NCBI GenBank assembly: GCA_028279595.1
Contig: JANQNK010000001.1
Coordinates: 189,891-253,890 of the forward strand
Reading direction: 5' to 3'
DNA from: Thermoplasmatota archaeon
GTDB taxonomy: Archaea; Thermoplasmatota; JAKEGO01
Length of the DNA stretch: 64,000 nt
The notes beneath the pieces were generated by a model. It did no database searches. It had not been told where the DNA came from and was given only the letters and a program-made list of their open reading frames with translations. Shown piece by piece: positions 18,199 through 27,828 of this stretch; position 1 is the stretch's first letter, and each line of letters starts with the position of its first letter. Both the position numbers and the translations under genes were made by a program.

Positions 18199-20777
18199 TC
18201 CGCCAGGCACCCCTTTACCAGCTCGACGATGTCCATGACCTTGATCCTCGGACCCCCTTCCTTGGAGAGACGTCTCGCCGCCTGCGCGAGGTTGTCCTTG
18301 CATGTCGGACATCCCGAGACCACCAATTGGGCACCGGTATCCGCAGCCTGTCTCATCCTGTCAAGCGCGATGTCCAGGCTCATCTCGTTCCGGAAGCCCT
18401 TCAGGCCGCCTCCACCGCCGCAGCACATCGCCTTGTCCCTGTTCAACGGGAACTCGACGAGATCCAGTCCGGGAATGCTCTTCAACAGCTCCCTGGGCGG
18501 CTCGAACATCCCGCTGTGCCTTCCGAGGTCGCACGGGTCGTGGTATGCGACGGTCTTGGGGAGATCCTTCAACCTGAGCCGTTCATCCTTCACGAGTTCG
18601 AGGAGGTACTCGATGTCGTGGAGTACCCTGTGGTCCCAGTTCTCCAGCACCTCGGGATATATCTCGTTCATCGTGCGGTAGCATCCCGCACAGGTGGTCA
18701 CAATGGTCTTGGGCCCAACGGCGTCGATCGCGTTCTGGACCTTCTCCATGGCCGTCCTGTCACCCGACCCGATCAGGTAGTTTAGGAAGCCGCAGCACGA
18801 CTCGTCGTCGCCCAGGGCCGAGAAACTCACTCCAGCCGAGTTCATTATCTCCATCATGGCAGGGATGACCCTGAACTCCTGGTATGACGCAACACACCCG
18901 AAGAACAACAGTGCTTCAGGGTCCTCGACCGGTCCGTAGTCCTTCGGATAGAAGTCCGCCCTCTTGTCTGCCGGGTCACCGAAGGGATTCCCGTGTTCGA
19001 GGATGTTCTCCGCGGCGACGGCGTGGACCTCGGGCACCAGCCCCTCCGAGGTGAAGTGCGCCCTGATCCCCTGGATGACGTCCGTGACCTTGATGCCGGA
19101 GGGACAGACCGACTGGCAGAAGTTGCACATGGAACAGATGAAGAAGGCGTCGGCGATCTCGTCGACCGGGACGTCCCTGCCCATGAGCATGGAATAAGCC
19201 TGCTGGATCCTTCCGCGGGCCATGGTCGACTCCCTGCCGGACATCCTGAAGACAGGACAACCCGCGCGACAGAAGCCGCACTGGACGCAGACCAGTATCT
19301 CGTCGTCGATCTCGTCCCCGAAGGACATGGCGAACTCTCCGGTATCGTAGAGCTCGTCGAACGCCCAGCGCTTGAAGACGCCGTCGATCTTGGGATCGAA
19401 GCCGAGCTTGCCCGGATTCATTATCCCCTTCGGATCGAGGGCGTCCTTGATCGTCTTCATCACGTCGTGGGCGACCTCTCCTGTCTCACGTCGAACGAAT
19501 GGCGCCTTGGACATGCCGACGCCGTGCTCCGCCGAGATCGTCCCGCCGTGCTTGAGCGCGATGTCCACCAGCTCCTCCGCCAATTCCTTCACGCCGTCCC
19601 ATTGCTTCCTGTCTGTCGGGTCCCCGACGAACACGGCATGGAGATTGCCGTCCCCGACGTGGCCGAAGGTGGCCAATTTTACGCCATACCTCTCTGGCAG
19701 TTCCTGTATCTCCCTGATGGCCTCGGGGATGGACGCGATCGGGACCCCGATGTCCTCGAGGATAGGAATGAGCCTGTTCCTCGGCTTCCACCTTGATAGC
19801 GACGGGACCAGCACCCCCCGGCCGGCCCACATCTCGACCCTGCGTGAGGGATCGTCCGTGAACTCGACGCCCACTGCCCCGTGCTTATTGCAGATCGCCA
19901 TTACCCTGTCCATCTGGTCCTTGACCGCCGATTCGTGACCGTCCAGCTCCATGATGAGATAGGTCGCAACGTCGGGAAGGTCCATGCCCTTCGCCTGGTT
20001 GACCGTCCTTATGCTCATGTTGTCCATGATCTCGCAAGTAGAGAGCTGGATGCCCGAGGTCAGGATTTCCGTCACGGCGTCCCCGTTCGCCTCGAGGGTC
20101 TCGAATGCGGCCGTCACTATCCCTGTATACTCAGGTTTCGGGGATATCTTGAGCGTGAGTTCGGTGATCACGCCGAGGGTCCCTTCGGCCATGGCGAACA
20201 GGTGCGACAGGTTGTATCCGGTCGATGACTTGGGAGCCTTCCGTCCCGTCCTCACGACACGGCCGTCCGCGAGCACGACCTCCATCCCCATGACGTAGTC
20301 CTGGGTCGTGCCGTATTTCATTGCCCTTACGCCCGAGGCGTTCAGCGACACCATGCCACCGAGCGTGCAGATGGGCGAGGACCCGGGGTCTGGCGGGAAG
20401 AAGTAGTCCGGACCGAGCGCCGCGTTCAGGTCGTTGCAGATTATCCCCGGCTCGCAGACGACGTAGCCGTTGGGCTTGTTGATCTCGACGATCCCGTTCA
20501 TCTTCGAGACGTTCAGGATTATCCCGCCGTAGGCCGCCAGCGACGCTCCTGTGACGGACGTTCCCGCAGCTCGCGGGGTTACCGGGATCTCCCTTTCGTT
20601 CGCGAGCTTGAGGATCTCCACGACATGGTCCCTGTTGAGGGCGAAAACGACCGCATCTGGCTCCGCCTGGTGGACGGACATGTCCCTGGAATAGGACATC
20701 ATCTCCACACGGTCCGTGAACACGTTCTCGTCGCCGACTATCTTGCGTAGGTCGTCCGCGTATTCAGGCTCGGTCAA
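18195..20777 (-). CDS. FAD-linked 2-hydroxyacid dehydrogenase (GlcD/D-LDH-like) fused to an Fe-S/CCG (GlcF-like) domain
   Basis: FPPDPGS, GHVGDGNLH, SAEHGVG, NPGK, then CxxCxxC motifs, CCG, YHDPCDLGR, CCGGGGG. Confidence 0.88.
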   Translation of the reverse strand: MTEPEYADDLRKIVGDENVFTDRVEMMSYSRDMSVHQAEPDAVVFALNRDHVVEILKLANEREIPVTPRAAGTSVTGASLAAYGGIILNVSKMNGIVEINKPNGYVVCEPGIICNDLNAALGPDYFFPPDPGSSPICTLGGMVSLNASGVRAMKYGTTQDYVMGMEVVLADGRVVRTGRKAPKSSTGYNLSHLFAMAEGTLGVITELTLKISPKPEYTGIVTAAFETLEANGDAVTEILTSGIQLSTCEIMDNMSIRTVNQAKGMDLPDVATYLIMELDGHESAVKDQMDRVMAICNKHGAVGVEFTDDPSRRVEMWAGRGVLVPSLSRWKPRNRLIPILEDIGVPIASIPEAIREIQELPERYGVKLATFGHVGDGNLHAVFVGDPTDRKQWDGVKELAEELVDIALKHGGTISAEHGVGMSKAPFVRRETGEVAHDVMKTIKDALDPKGIMNPGKLGFDPKIDGVFKRWAFDELYDTGEFAMSFGDEIDDEILVCVQCGFCRAGCPVFRMSGRESTMARGRIQQAYSMLMGRDVPVDEIADAFFICSMCNFCQSVCPSGIKVTDVIQGIRAHFTSEGLVPEVHAVAAENILEHGNPFGDPADKRADFYPKDYGPVEDPEALLFFGCVASYQEFRVIPAMMEIMNSAGVSFSALGDDESCCGFLNYLIGSGDRTAMEKVQNAIDAVGPKTIVTTCAGCYRTMNEIYPEVLENWDHRVLHDIEYLLELVKDERLRLKDLPKTVAYHDPCDLGRHSGMFEPPRELLKSIPGLDLVEFPLNRDKAMCCGGGGGLKGFRNEMSLDIALDRMRQAADTGAQLVVSGCPTCKDNLAQAARRLSKEGGPRIKVMDIVELVKGCLAE

Positions 20778-21733
20778 GGCATCGCCTCCTTCGGAACTTT
20801 TGACCGCCTCTCCCTGCCGCGGACCAGTGAGGTCAAGGCATCGTTGTAGGGCGTCGATATCCCATGATCACGGCCGTACTCCACGACCTTGGCGTTCATG
20901 TAATCGATCTCGGTGCGCCTTTCGTTCAACACGTCGACGGCCATCGAGGGCATGTGGTAGCCGGTCCTGTCCAGCCATCCCATGCATCCTTCAAGGAATC
21001 CCTCGGGGAAATAGTATTCGAGTGCCTCCGAGACCACGATCCCCTCGCGCATGAGCTCCCTCGCGAGATCCCTCGTTTCCTTGTACTCCATCATCTCCTT
21101 CATCGTCTTCTGGGTCATGGAGCATAGCGCAGCAAGCCCGAGGTTGAGTATCAACTTCTCCCATTCGTGCCACTTGATCTCGGCCGTGAACTCAGTGAAG
21201 AGCCCGGCCTGGTTCAAGCTCTCAGCCACGTTCCGTCCCACTGCCTGTGTGGCTCCGTCCACCCCGCCGATGTAATTTGGCGCGTTGAAGAAGTTCATCT
21301 GGAGCCTTCCGTCACCGACGATGTTCCCGCCATAGTTGACGACGAACCGCAGGACGGTGTCGTCGCCGAAGAATTTCGCGAGCAGTTCCTCGTTCTCCAG
21401 TCCGTTCTGGAGGCTTACGAAGGTCATGTCGGGGTGCCTGATGTCAAGGACCTTGGGTAGGACGATCGGCAGAACTGGCGCCTTGACCGAGATGAACAGG
21501 ACGTCGACATCCTTCCCCTCGAGGTCCGCGATGTCCGTCAGGACGTCCTCTGGCGGGAACTCGACCGTCATGTCCACGATCCCGGTCACCCGCAATCCAT
21601 CGGACCTGATCGCGTTCATGTGTCCTTCGAGGATGTCGACGAGCACGACATCATGACCGGCGTTACGTAGATAGGCTGCCATTATCCCCCCGACCGGCCC
21701 GACTCCGACGACACCGAACCGCGGGGACGACAT
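20774..21733 (-). CDS. panE: Ketopantoate reductase (PanE/ApbA) family 2-ketoacid reductase
   Basis: GVGPVG, LQNG, WEKLILN, PSMAVD..RRTEID..N. Confidence 0.8.
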   Translation of the reverse strand: MSSPRFGVVGVGPVGGIMAAYLRNAGHDVVLVDILEGHMNAIRSDGLRVTGIVDMTVEFPPEDVLTDIADLEGKDVDVLFISVKAPVLPIVLPKVLDIRHPDMTFVSLQNGLENEELLAKFFGDDTVLRFVVNYGGNIVGDGRLQMNFFNAPNYIGGVDGATQAVGRNVAESLNQAGLFTEFTAEIKWHEWEKLILNLGLAALCSMTQKTMKEMMEYKETRDLARELMREGIVVSEALEYYFPEGFLEGCMGWLDRTGYHMPSMAVDVLNERRTEIDYMNAKVVEYGRDHGISTPYNDALTSLVRGRERRSKVPKEAMP

Positions 21734-21734
21734 C

Positions 21735-23291
21735 TCAATCCTCCTCCCCGCCGTAACGCTCCCTTAGCGTCCTGTGGAGCTTCTTGCCCGAGAGGGTGCG
21801 AGGCATCTCCTCGTCCTTGATGAAGATCACCCTTTTCGGTCGTTTGTACCTGGCGACCTTGTCCCAGCAATAATCGATGATCGCCTCCTCGTCGATGTGG
21901 GCGTTCGCCTTGGGCACGACGACGGCCGTGACCCGCTCCCCCCACTTCTCGTCGGGAAGGCCGATGATGGCAACGTCGAACACGCCTGGATGGTTCCCGA
22001 TCACGCCCTCAACCTCGCTCGGGTAGACGTGCTCGCCTCCCGTGATTATCATGTTGTTCTTCCTGTCCACGATCGAATAGAACCCGTCACTGTCGACGGT
22101 CGCCATGTCGCCGGCGCTGAACCAATCCCCGATGAACGAGTCGGCCGTCTTCTCGGGCATCTTGTAGTACTCGTCGAACAGCATGGGTCCGCGTGAGTAC
22201 AGCTCGCCGACCTCGCCCACCTCCACCTCGTTCCCTTCGGCGTCGAGGAGCTTGACGTAGTCGGTGCCGAGGGATTCGAACCCGATCGAGCCGAGCTTAC
22301 GCATCTGGTCCTCGGGCTTCAGTGTGGTCACGATTCCCGCTTCCGTGGAGCCGTAGCCCTCGTAGAGCTCGACACCCTTGAAGAAGTCCATGATGGCCAG
22401 CTTCATGTCCTTGCGGACCGGAGCGGACGAGCAGAGGAGTTTCCGTATCGATGATACGTCCCGTTTCCTCTCCTCCTCGGTCGCGTTGAGGATGATGTTG
22501 TAATGGGTCGGGATGAGGGATATGAACGTGATCCTCTCCCTCTCGATGGTCTCCAGTATCTCCGCGGCCTTGAACGACCTTGCGGGATAGACGAAGACCG
22601 AGCCGCCGATGTATGTGAATATGAACGTGAAGAAGATGGAGTTGATGTGGCACAGCGGCATGACGTTGAGACAGGTGTCGTGCTCGCTGAACCCGAAGTC
22701 GACTGCGTTGATCAGATAGAACGAGACGTGGGATTCGTGCGACCTCACAACACCCTTCGGGACTCCCGTCGTTCCCGAGGTGTAGATCAGCACCCAGGTG
22801 TCCTCCGGGTCCACTACGGCATCCGGCTCGTCCTCCGCGGAGTCGCCGATGAAATCCTCGTACTCGATGTATCCGTCGGCCTCCCCGCCAACGGAGATGA
22901 ACCGTCCGGTTGAGATGTCCTTCAGGTTCCCCCGGATGGATTCGACGGTCGGAACGAACTCGACATCGGCGATCATCGCCTTGGCATCGGAGTTCTGCAC
23001 GATGTACTCGATCTCCCGGGCCACCAGGCGGAAGTTGATCGGAACGATGACGAGGCCCGTCTTCGCGGTCGCAAGGAAGATCTCGCAGATCTCGATGCTG
23101 TTCTCCATCAGCACAGCGACCTTGTCCCCCTTCGCCAGTCCCATGGACATCAGGCTGTGGCAGAGCTGGTTCACCCTCACGTTCGTCTCGGGATACGTGT
23201 AGGTCCTCTTCGCATCCTTGAACGCTACGTTGTTCGGGAACTTCTTCGAGTTCACCTTGAAGAGCTGTCCCAGGTTCAGCCATGGCGCCAT
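21735..23291 (-). CDS. AMP-forming acyl/aryl-CoA ligase
   Basis: YTSGTTGVPKG, YGSTE, GDM, C-terminal PRTLSGK. Confidence 0.9.
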   Translation of the reverse strand: MAPWLNLGQLFKVNSKKFPNNVAFKDAKRTYTYPETNVRVNQLCHSLMSMGLAKGDKVAVLMENSIEICEIFLATAKTGLVIVPINFRLVAREIEYIVQNSDAKAMIADVEFVPTVESIRGNLKDISTGRFISVGGEADGYIEYEDFIGDSAEDEPDAVVDPEDTWVLIYTSGTTGVPKGVVRSHESHVSFYLINAVDFGFSEHDTCLNVMPLCHINSIFFTFIFTYIGGSVFVYPARSFKAAEILETIERERITFISLIPTHYNIILNATEEERKRDVSSIRKLLCSSAPVRKDMKLAIMDFFKGVELYEGYGSTEAGIVTTLKPEDQMRKLGSIGFESLGTDYVKLLDAEGNEVEVGEVGELYSRGPMLFDEYYKMPEKTADSFIGDWFSAGDMATVDSDGFYSIVDRKNNMIITGGEHVYPSEVEGVIGNHPGVFDVAIIGLPDEKWGERVTAVVVPKANAHIDEEAIIDYCWDKVARYKRPKRVIFIKDEEMPRTLSGKKLHRTLRERYGGEED

Positions 23292-23292
23292 T

Positions 23293-25380
23293 TCAACCCT
23301 CCTTCATTCCTATCCTTGCATCTACCACTGTGATCCTGTCCTCGTGGGCTATTATCGGATTGAGATCGATCTCCCTGATCGCGGGCATGTCGGTCACGAG
23401 CTGTGATATCCTCTGAATTACCTCGATGACCGTATCCCTGTCCACGCCGCTCCTGCCCCTGAAGCCGGTGAGCAGCTTGGAAGCCTTCAGGCTGTCGAGC
23501 ATCTCCCCTGCCTCGCTGTCCCTCACTGGAGCGACGGCGAAGGACACGTCCTCCAGGAGCTCGACGTAGACTCCGCCGATGCCGAACATGACGAGATGAC
23601 CGAGCCCCTCCTCCTCCGTCGCACCGACGATGACCTCCGTGCCGCCCTCGACGTATCCCTGTACAAGGAACTCGAGGTCGTCGGCCGCGATTCTCCGGGT
23701 CATACCGTTGGCTGCCTCCCGCACTGCGTCGCCGTCCCGCAGGTCGAGGGCGACCCCGCCCTCGTCGCTCTTGTGGACCACCGACGATGACTCCGCCTTC
23801 AGCACGACGGGGAAGCCGATCTCCTCTGCGGCCCTCACAGCGTCCTCGGCACCGGTTGCCCTCCTCCAGGGAGCGACCGGTATCCCGTATGATTCGAGTA
23901 TACCGTACGTGTCGGCAGACCTGAGGAACTCCCGCCCCTCGTCGAAGGCGCCGTCGATTATCTCCCTGGCCCCCTGGACGTAGATGTCATCGAAGGTCCT
24001 GATCTCGCCCCCCGTGTTGGCCCTGAGCTCATTGTAACGTGTGAGCGCGATGAGCGATCTTGCGGCGGTCTCCGGGAAACTGTAGCATGGAACCCCGCCG
24101 TCCTTGAGCGTCCCTATCGTCGTCGACCACTGGTTCTTGTCGGTCATGAGGTTGCATATGATGGGTTTCTTCGCGACTGCGTTCACCTCGGCGATCTCCT
24201 TTGCTATGGATTCGGTGTCGACGAAGAACGGCGTGACGAAGTTGATGTAGACACTGTCGATATCGTCCTCGTCCATGAGAGTGTCGATTGCGGCCCTGAA
24301 ATGTCCCGCGTTCGCCGTCGCCAACACGTCTATCGGATTGTTGATGGACGCGGCTTCGTACAGGTTCTCCTTCAGGGAGGATGCGGCACCCTCGCTCAAT
24401 GGAGGGATCTCCAGGCCTGCGTCGACGAGCTCGTCCGTAGCGATGATCGCAGGTCCACCGGTGTTCGTGATGAGTCCGACACGCCTCCCATCCGGAATGG
24501 GCTGCGACGCGAACGCGACCGCTGCCTGGCAGAGTTCCTCCTCGTCCCTGAACGTCAGGATCCCTGTCCTCTTGAATATCAATTCCGTTGCTATCTCCTT
24601 CCTGGCGAGACCGCCAGTGTGTGACGAGGCAGCCTTCGCCCCCTCGTCGGTCCGGCCGGCCTTCATTCCGAGGATGGGCTTCTTGGCCGCAACCTCGGCA
24701 GCGGCGTCCATGAACTCCTTGGGATTCGGGAGCCCCTCGACGTAGAGCACGATGACCCTCGTCTCCGGATCGTCCCCCCAGTACCTGATGATCTCCGGTA
24801 TGGAGACGTCGCACGCGTTCCCGTTGGAGGCGTACATGCGGACACCTACTCCCAGTTCGGAGAACCTCTGGTTGATGACCTCGGCCACGCCGCCGCTCTG
24901 GGCGACGATGGAGATGTGACCAGGCGTCGGCTTCGTGAACGTGAAGTTGCAGTAGGCCCTGATCTCGGGATCGGTGTTGATGATGCCCTGGCAGTTCGGG
25001 CCGAAGACCCGGATGCCGTGCTTCCGGGCCGTCTCGACGACCTGTCTCTCGAGATCCTCGCCCTCCCCTCCGACCTCCTTGAAGCCAGCGGTGTTGACGA
25101 TGACTACCTTGACCCCCTTCTTCCCGCAGTCGTCGATCGCCATCGGGACGAACTTGTTCGGTATCACGATATGGACGAGGTCTACCTCGCCAGGAACGTC
25201 CGTGATCGAATCGTAGGCCTTGATCCCTCGGACCTCGTCGGCCTTCGGATTGATGGGATAGATCGGTCCCGTGTACCCGAAGTCCTGGAGGTTCTTGATG
25301 ACCCGGTTGCCTATGGAGAGCTCCTTAGTGGAGGCACCGATTACGGCGACGGAACCGGGTTTGAAGAGGTGGTCCAGCAT
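23293..25380 (-). CDS. acd: ADP-forming acyl-CoA synthetase, fused alpha/beta
   Basis: VAVIGAS, GPNCQG, SHTG phospho-His motif, ATP-grasp GFPVVLK..HKSD.GGV, IDLNP. Confidence 0.9.
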   Translation of the reverse strand: MLDHLFKPGSVAVIGASTKELSIGNRVIKNLQDFGYTGPIYPINPKADEVRGIKAYDSITDVPGEVDLVHIVIPNKFVPMAIDDCGKKGVKVVIVNTAGFKEVGGEGEDLERQVVETARKHGIRVFGPNCQGIINTDPEIRAYCNFTFTKPTPGHISIVAQSGGVAEVINQRFSELGVGVRMYASNGNACDVSIPEIIRYWGDDPETRVIVLYVEGLPNPKEFMDAAAEVAAKKPILGMKAGRTDEGAKAASSHTGGLARKEIATELIFKRTGILTFRDEEELCQAAVAFASQPIPDGRRVGLITNTGGPAIIATDELVDAGLEIPPLSEGAASSLKENLYEAASINNPIDVLATANAGHFRAAIDTLMDEDDIDSVYINFVTPFFVDTESIAKEIAEVNAVAKKPIICNLMTDKNQWSTTIGTLKDGGVPCYSFPETAARSLIALTRYNELRANTGGEIRTFDDIYVQGAREIIDGAFDEGREFLRSADTYGILESYGIPVAPWRRATGAEDAVRAAEEIGFPVVLKAESSSVVHKSDEGGVALDLRDGDAVREAANGMTRRIAADDLEFLVQGYVEGGTEVIVGATEEEGLGHLVMFGIGGVYVELLEDVSFAVAPVRDSEAGEMLDSLKASKLLTGFRGRSGVDRDTVIEVIQRISQLVTDMPAIREIDLNPIIAHEDRITVVDARIGMKEG

Positions 25381-25384
25381 ATGT

Positions 25385-26623
25385 CTACCTCTCCTCCAGG
25401 CCCTCGATGAAGGCTTCGATGTTGGTGTTCGTCTGTTCGTCCGAGAGGCACCTCAGGTCGTTGAGGTCCCCGTTAATGGTCAGACTGGGTATTCCGGTCT
25501 CCTCCTCGAGCCTTTCGGACATTCCGTAGCGGTTGTTGCTGTTGTTCGGACAGGTCTTGGCGTCGTGATAGATGACGCCGTCCACCTTGAAGAAGTCCAT
25601 CATCTGCCTGATGTATCGCTCCTTGGCCTTGTCGGAGCGAACGATGAAGAGCTCCGTGTAGGCCCTGGCCATGCTGTTGAACGGATCCGCTCCGTCGAAC
25701 TGCGAGAATATCCAGCTGTTGCAGTAGGTCGAGGCGACGACGTTCGTCCTGAGATTCGAGAACATCATGGAATGGTCGCGCAGGCGCCCCCAGATGGGCA
25801 TCCCCTCCCAGAAGAGGCGGAACCGCTCTCCCTCGACCGCTCCCACCCCGTCCTTGACGCGCTCCTCGAGCTCGGCCAGCAGGGTCGTGTAGTAATCCAC
25901 GGCATCCTGGGTTCCACGAAGGACGACGGCCGGTCCCATGTGTATTGTCCCATCGAAGAACGTGAGTGGTGAAGGAACGGCGGACGCTGTGTCCAGCACC
26001 TTCTTCCAGAGGTCCGAACATTCGCGTGAGAGCCCCACGGTCCTCTTCAGCGAGTCCCCGTCGAAGGAGGTGTCGGCCGCCTTCTCCAGCGGTTCTATGA
26101 GGTCCTCCATCTGGCGCGCCACGGACCGGACGTGTGAGTCGCCCACGTCTCCGACACCCCTGTGAGTGTGAACACCGATGGAAGGCACCCCGAACTCCCT
26201 GGCATAGAAAGCGAACCAGTCCTGGACGTCCCTGCACTGGTTGGTGTTGTAGACCAGGATGTCTGGCTTCGGTACATGGTCGATCCCCTCGTACGCCATC
26301 GACAACGGGGTCACCCCCTGGAGGTAGGCACCGACGTCGCTCGTCAGGTACGAACAGATGTCCGGGGAGTATCCAACAGCATTGGCATGCGGGATCATGT
26401 CAGTGGACATCCGTGTCGCCCCCAGCATCGCCCCGTGGTTCTCGGGGAAGTGCACCCTGAATCCCATGGACCTGAGGATCTCGGCGGGACCCACGCTCGT
26501 GCACCATGCGATGGGTTTACCCGTCTTCTCGGCGTCGACGAGATCGTAGAAGTAATCTGCCATTATCTGTTTCATCTGCCCCGTCGCCATTATCTTACGT
26601 CGTTTCGGTTTGTCCTCGGTCAT
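25385..26623 (-). CDS. 2-hydroxyacyl-CoA dehydratase (HgdA/FldB-like) subunit
   Basis: WCTSVGPAE, FPENHGA, DICSY, NQCRD, KTCP, C-terminal IEAFIE. Confidence 0.85.
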   Translation of the reverse strand: MTEDKPKRRKIMATGQMKQIMADYFYDLVDAEKTGKPIAWCTSVGPAEILRSMGFRVHFPENHGAMLGATRMSTDMIPHANAVGYSPDICSYLTSDVGAYLQGVTPLSMAYEGIDHVPKPDILVYNTNQCRDVQDWFAFYAREFGVPSIGVHTHRGVGDVGDSHVRSVARQMEDLIEPLEKAADTSFDGDSLKRTVGLSRECSDLWKKVLDTASAVPSPLTFFDGTIHMGPAVVLRGTQDAVDYYTTLLAELEERVKDGVGAVEGERFRLFWEGMPIWGRLRDHSMMFSNLRTNVVASTYCNSWIFSQFDGADPFNSMARAYTELFIVRSDKAKERYIRQMMDFFKVDGVIYHDAKTCPNNSNNRYGMSERLEEETGIPSLTINGDLNDLRCLSDEQTNTNIEAFIEGLEER

Positions 26624-26695
26624 CCACTTGCCCCCCGATACTGATGACTGGGAAATGTTAACTTCTCGATATGACCCTGGTCCATATTAAATTTA

Positions 26696-26715
26696 TGTAA
26701 TGCCAGTATGTTACA
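26696..26715. promoter_or_regulatory. Inverted repeat TGTAA-N10-TTACA in the divergent promoter region
   Basis: Adjacent to an AT-rich TATA-like stretch; shares the TGTAA half-site with 4513-4550. Confidence 0.35.
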
Positions 26716-26829
26716 ATTCCTCACCATTTGACACCTGACCATTACGGTCGTCACCTGTACCGGATAGGGCGTTCCCGCCACCGGCAAGGTTAATAATCCT
26801 CGGATGGCTTTCGGAACGGTCGGGTGACG

Positions 26830-27615
26830 ATGGCTGAAAGAACGTTCTTTGCCGGTATCGATGTGGGCACTTCCTACGTCAAGGCAGTGGTCATTGACCA
26901 CGAGGGAGGACTGGTCGCACGATCCGTACAACGGTCCGGGGCAGACCTCGCCGGCTCGATCACAAGGACATATGAAGAGGTCATCGGATCGGCCGGGATC
27001 ACTGCCGGGGACTTATCCCACACGACCTCGACCGGATTCGGCCGGGGGAACGCGGCCGTCGCCGAGGACTCCAAGACAGAGATAAGCTGCCACGCCAGGG
27101 GTGCGTATCACCATTTTCCGAGGAAGATAACGGTCATCGACATCGGAGGCCAGGACACAAAGGTCATCCACGTCTCAGAGGACGGACGCCGGTCGGGGTT
27201 CAAGATGAACCGGAAGTGCGCGGCCGGTACGGGTGCCTTCCTGGAGGAGATCGCCCACAAGATGGACATCCCGATGGAGGACATGAACGACCTCGCGTCC
27301 AGAGCGACGGACTCCGAGGCACTGAACAGTTATTGCACGGTCTTCGCATCCAGCGAGATACTCACACGGATCCGCGAGGGGGAGAAGGTCGAGGACATGG
27401 TCCGGTCCGCATTCGAATCGGTGGCCAGACGCGTCATCGAGATGGACACCCTCGAGGGCACGATCGTGGCGACCGGCGGGGTCGTGGCGCACAACGACAT
27501 CATGCTCGAGATCCTTTCGAAGCACGCCGGTTCCGAGGTCCTGAGGCCGCCGGACGCCCAGATGAGCGGAGCGCTAGGCGCTGCTCTCTTCGCCAGAGAT
27601 ACTGTGAATGATTGA
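26830..27615 (+). CDS. 2-hydroxyacyl-CoA dehydratase activase (HgdC/FldI-like ATPase)
   Basis: GIDVGTS, TGFGR, EISCHARG, DIGGQDTK, NRKCAAGTG, YCTVFA. Confidence 0.88.
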   Translation: MAERTFFAGIDVGTSYVKAVVIDHEGGLVARSVQRSGADLAGSITRTYEEVIGSAGITAGDLSHTTSTGFGRGNAAVAEDSKTEISCHARGAYHHFPRKITVIDIGGQDTKVIHVSEDGRRSGFKMNRKCAAGTGAFLEEIAHKMDIPMEDMNDLASRATDSEALNSYCTVFASSEILTRIREGEKVEDMVRSAFESVARRVIEMDTLEGTIVATGGVVAHNDIMLEILSKHAGSEVLRPPDAQMSGALGAALFARDTVND

Positions 27616-27619
27616 ATGG

Positions 27620-27661
27620 GCGCTCGATGGCGCCCTTACGGGAGCCATCAACGCGCGTCAC
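27620..27661. repeat. Dispersed hairpin repeat, copy 2
   Basis: GCGCTC-GATGGC-gcccttacggga-GCCATC-AACGCGCGTCAC. Confidence 0.85.
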
Positions 27662-27697
27662 ATGTGCTGTTCAAGGTCCTGCTGTATGTCAGAAACA

Positions 27698-27740
27698 GCG
27701 CTCGATGGCGTCCCTTCGGACAGCCATCAACGCGCGTCAC
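27698..27740. repeat. Dispersed hairpin repeat, copy 3 (tandem with copy 2, 36-nt gap)
   Basis: GCGCTC-GATGGC-gtcccttcggaca-GCCATC-AACGCGCGTCAC. Confidence 0.85.
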
Positions 27741-27828
27741 TGGTCCGTCTGAAGCCCGGTCAACGGAACCTTGCCGATAGTGTTCTCGGCAAAAGGTTAT
27801 TATCCACAGAGTCGAATCGAAATCCGGC

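Noticed and set aside
27620-27740. CRISPR mini-array
   Set aside because: Only two non-identical repeats, no cas genes or leader, and solo family members occur elsewhere
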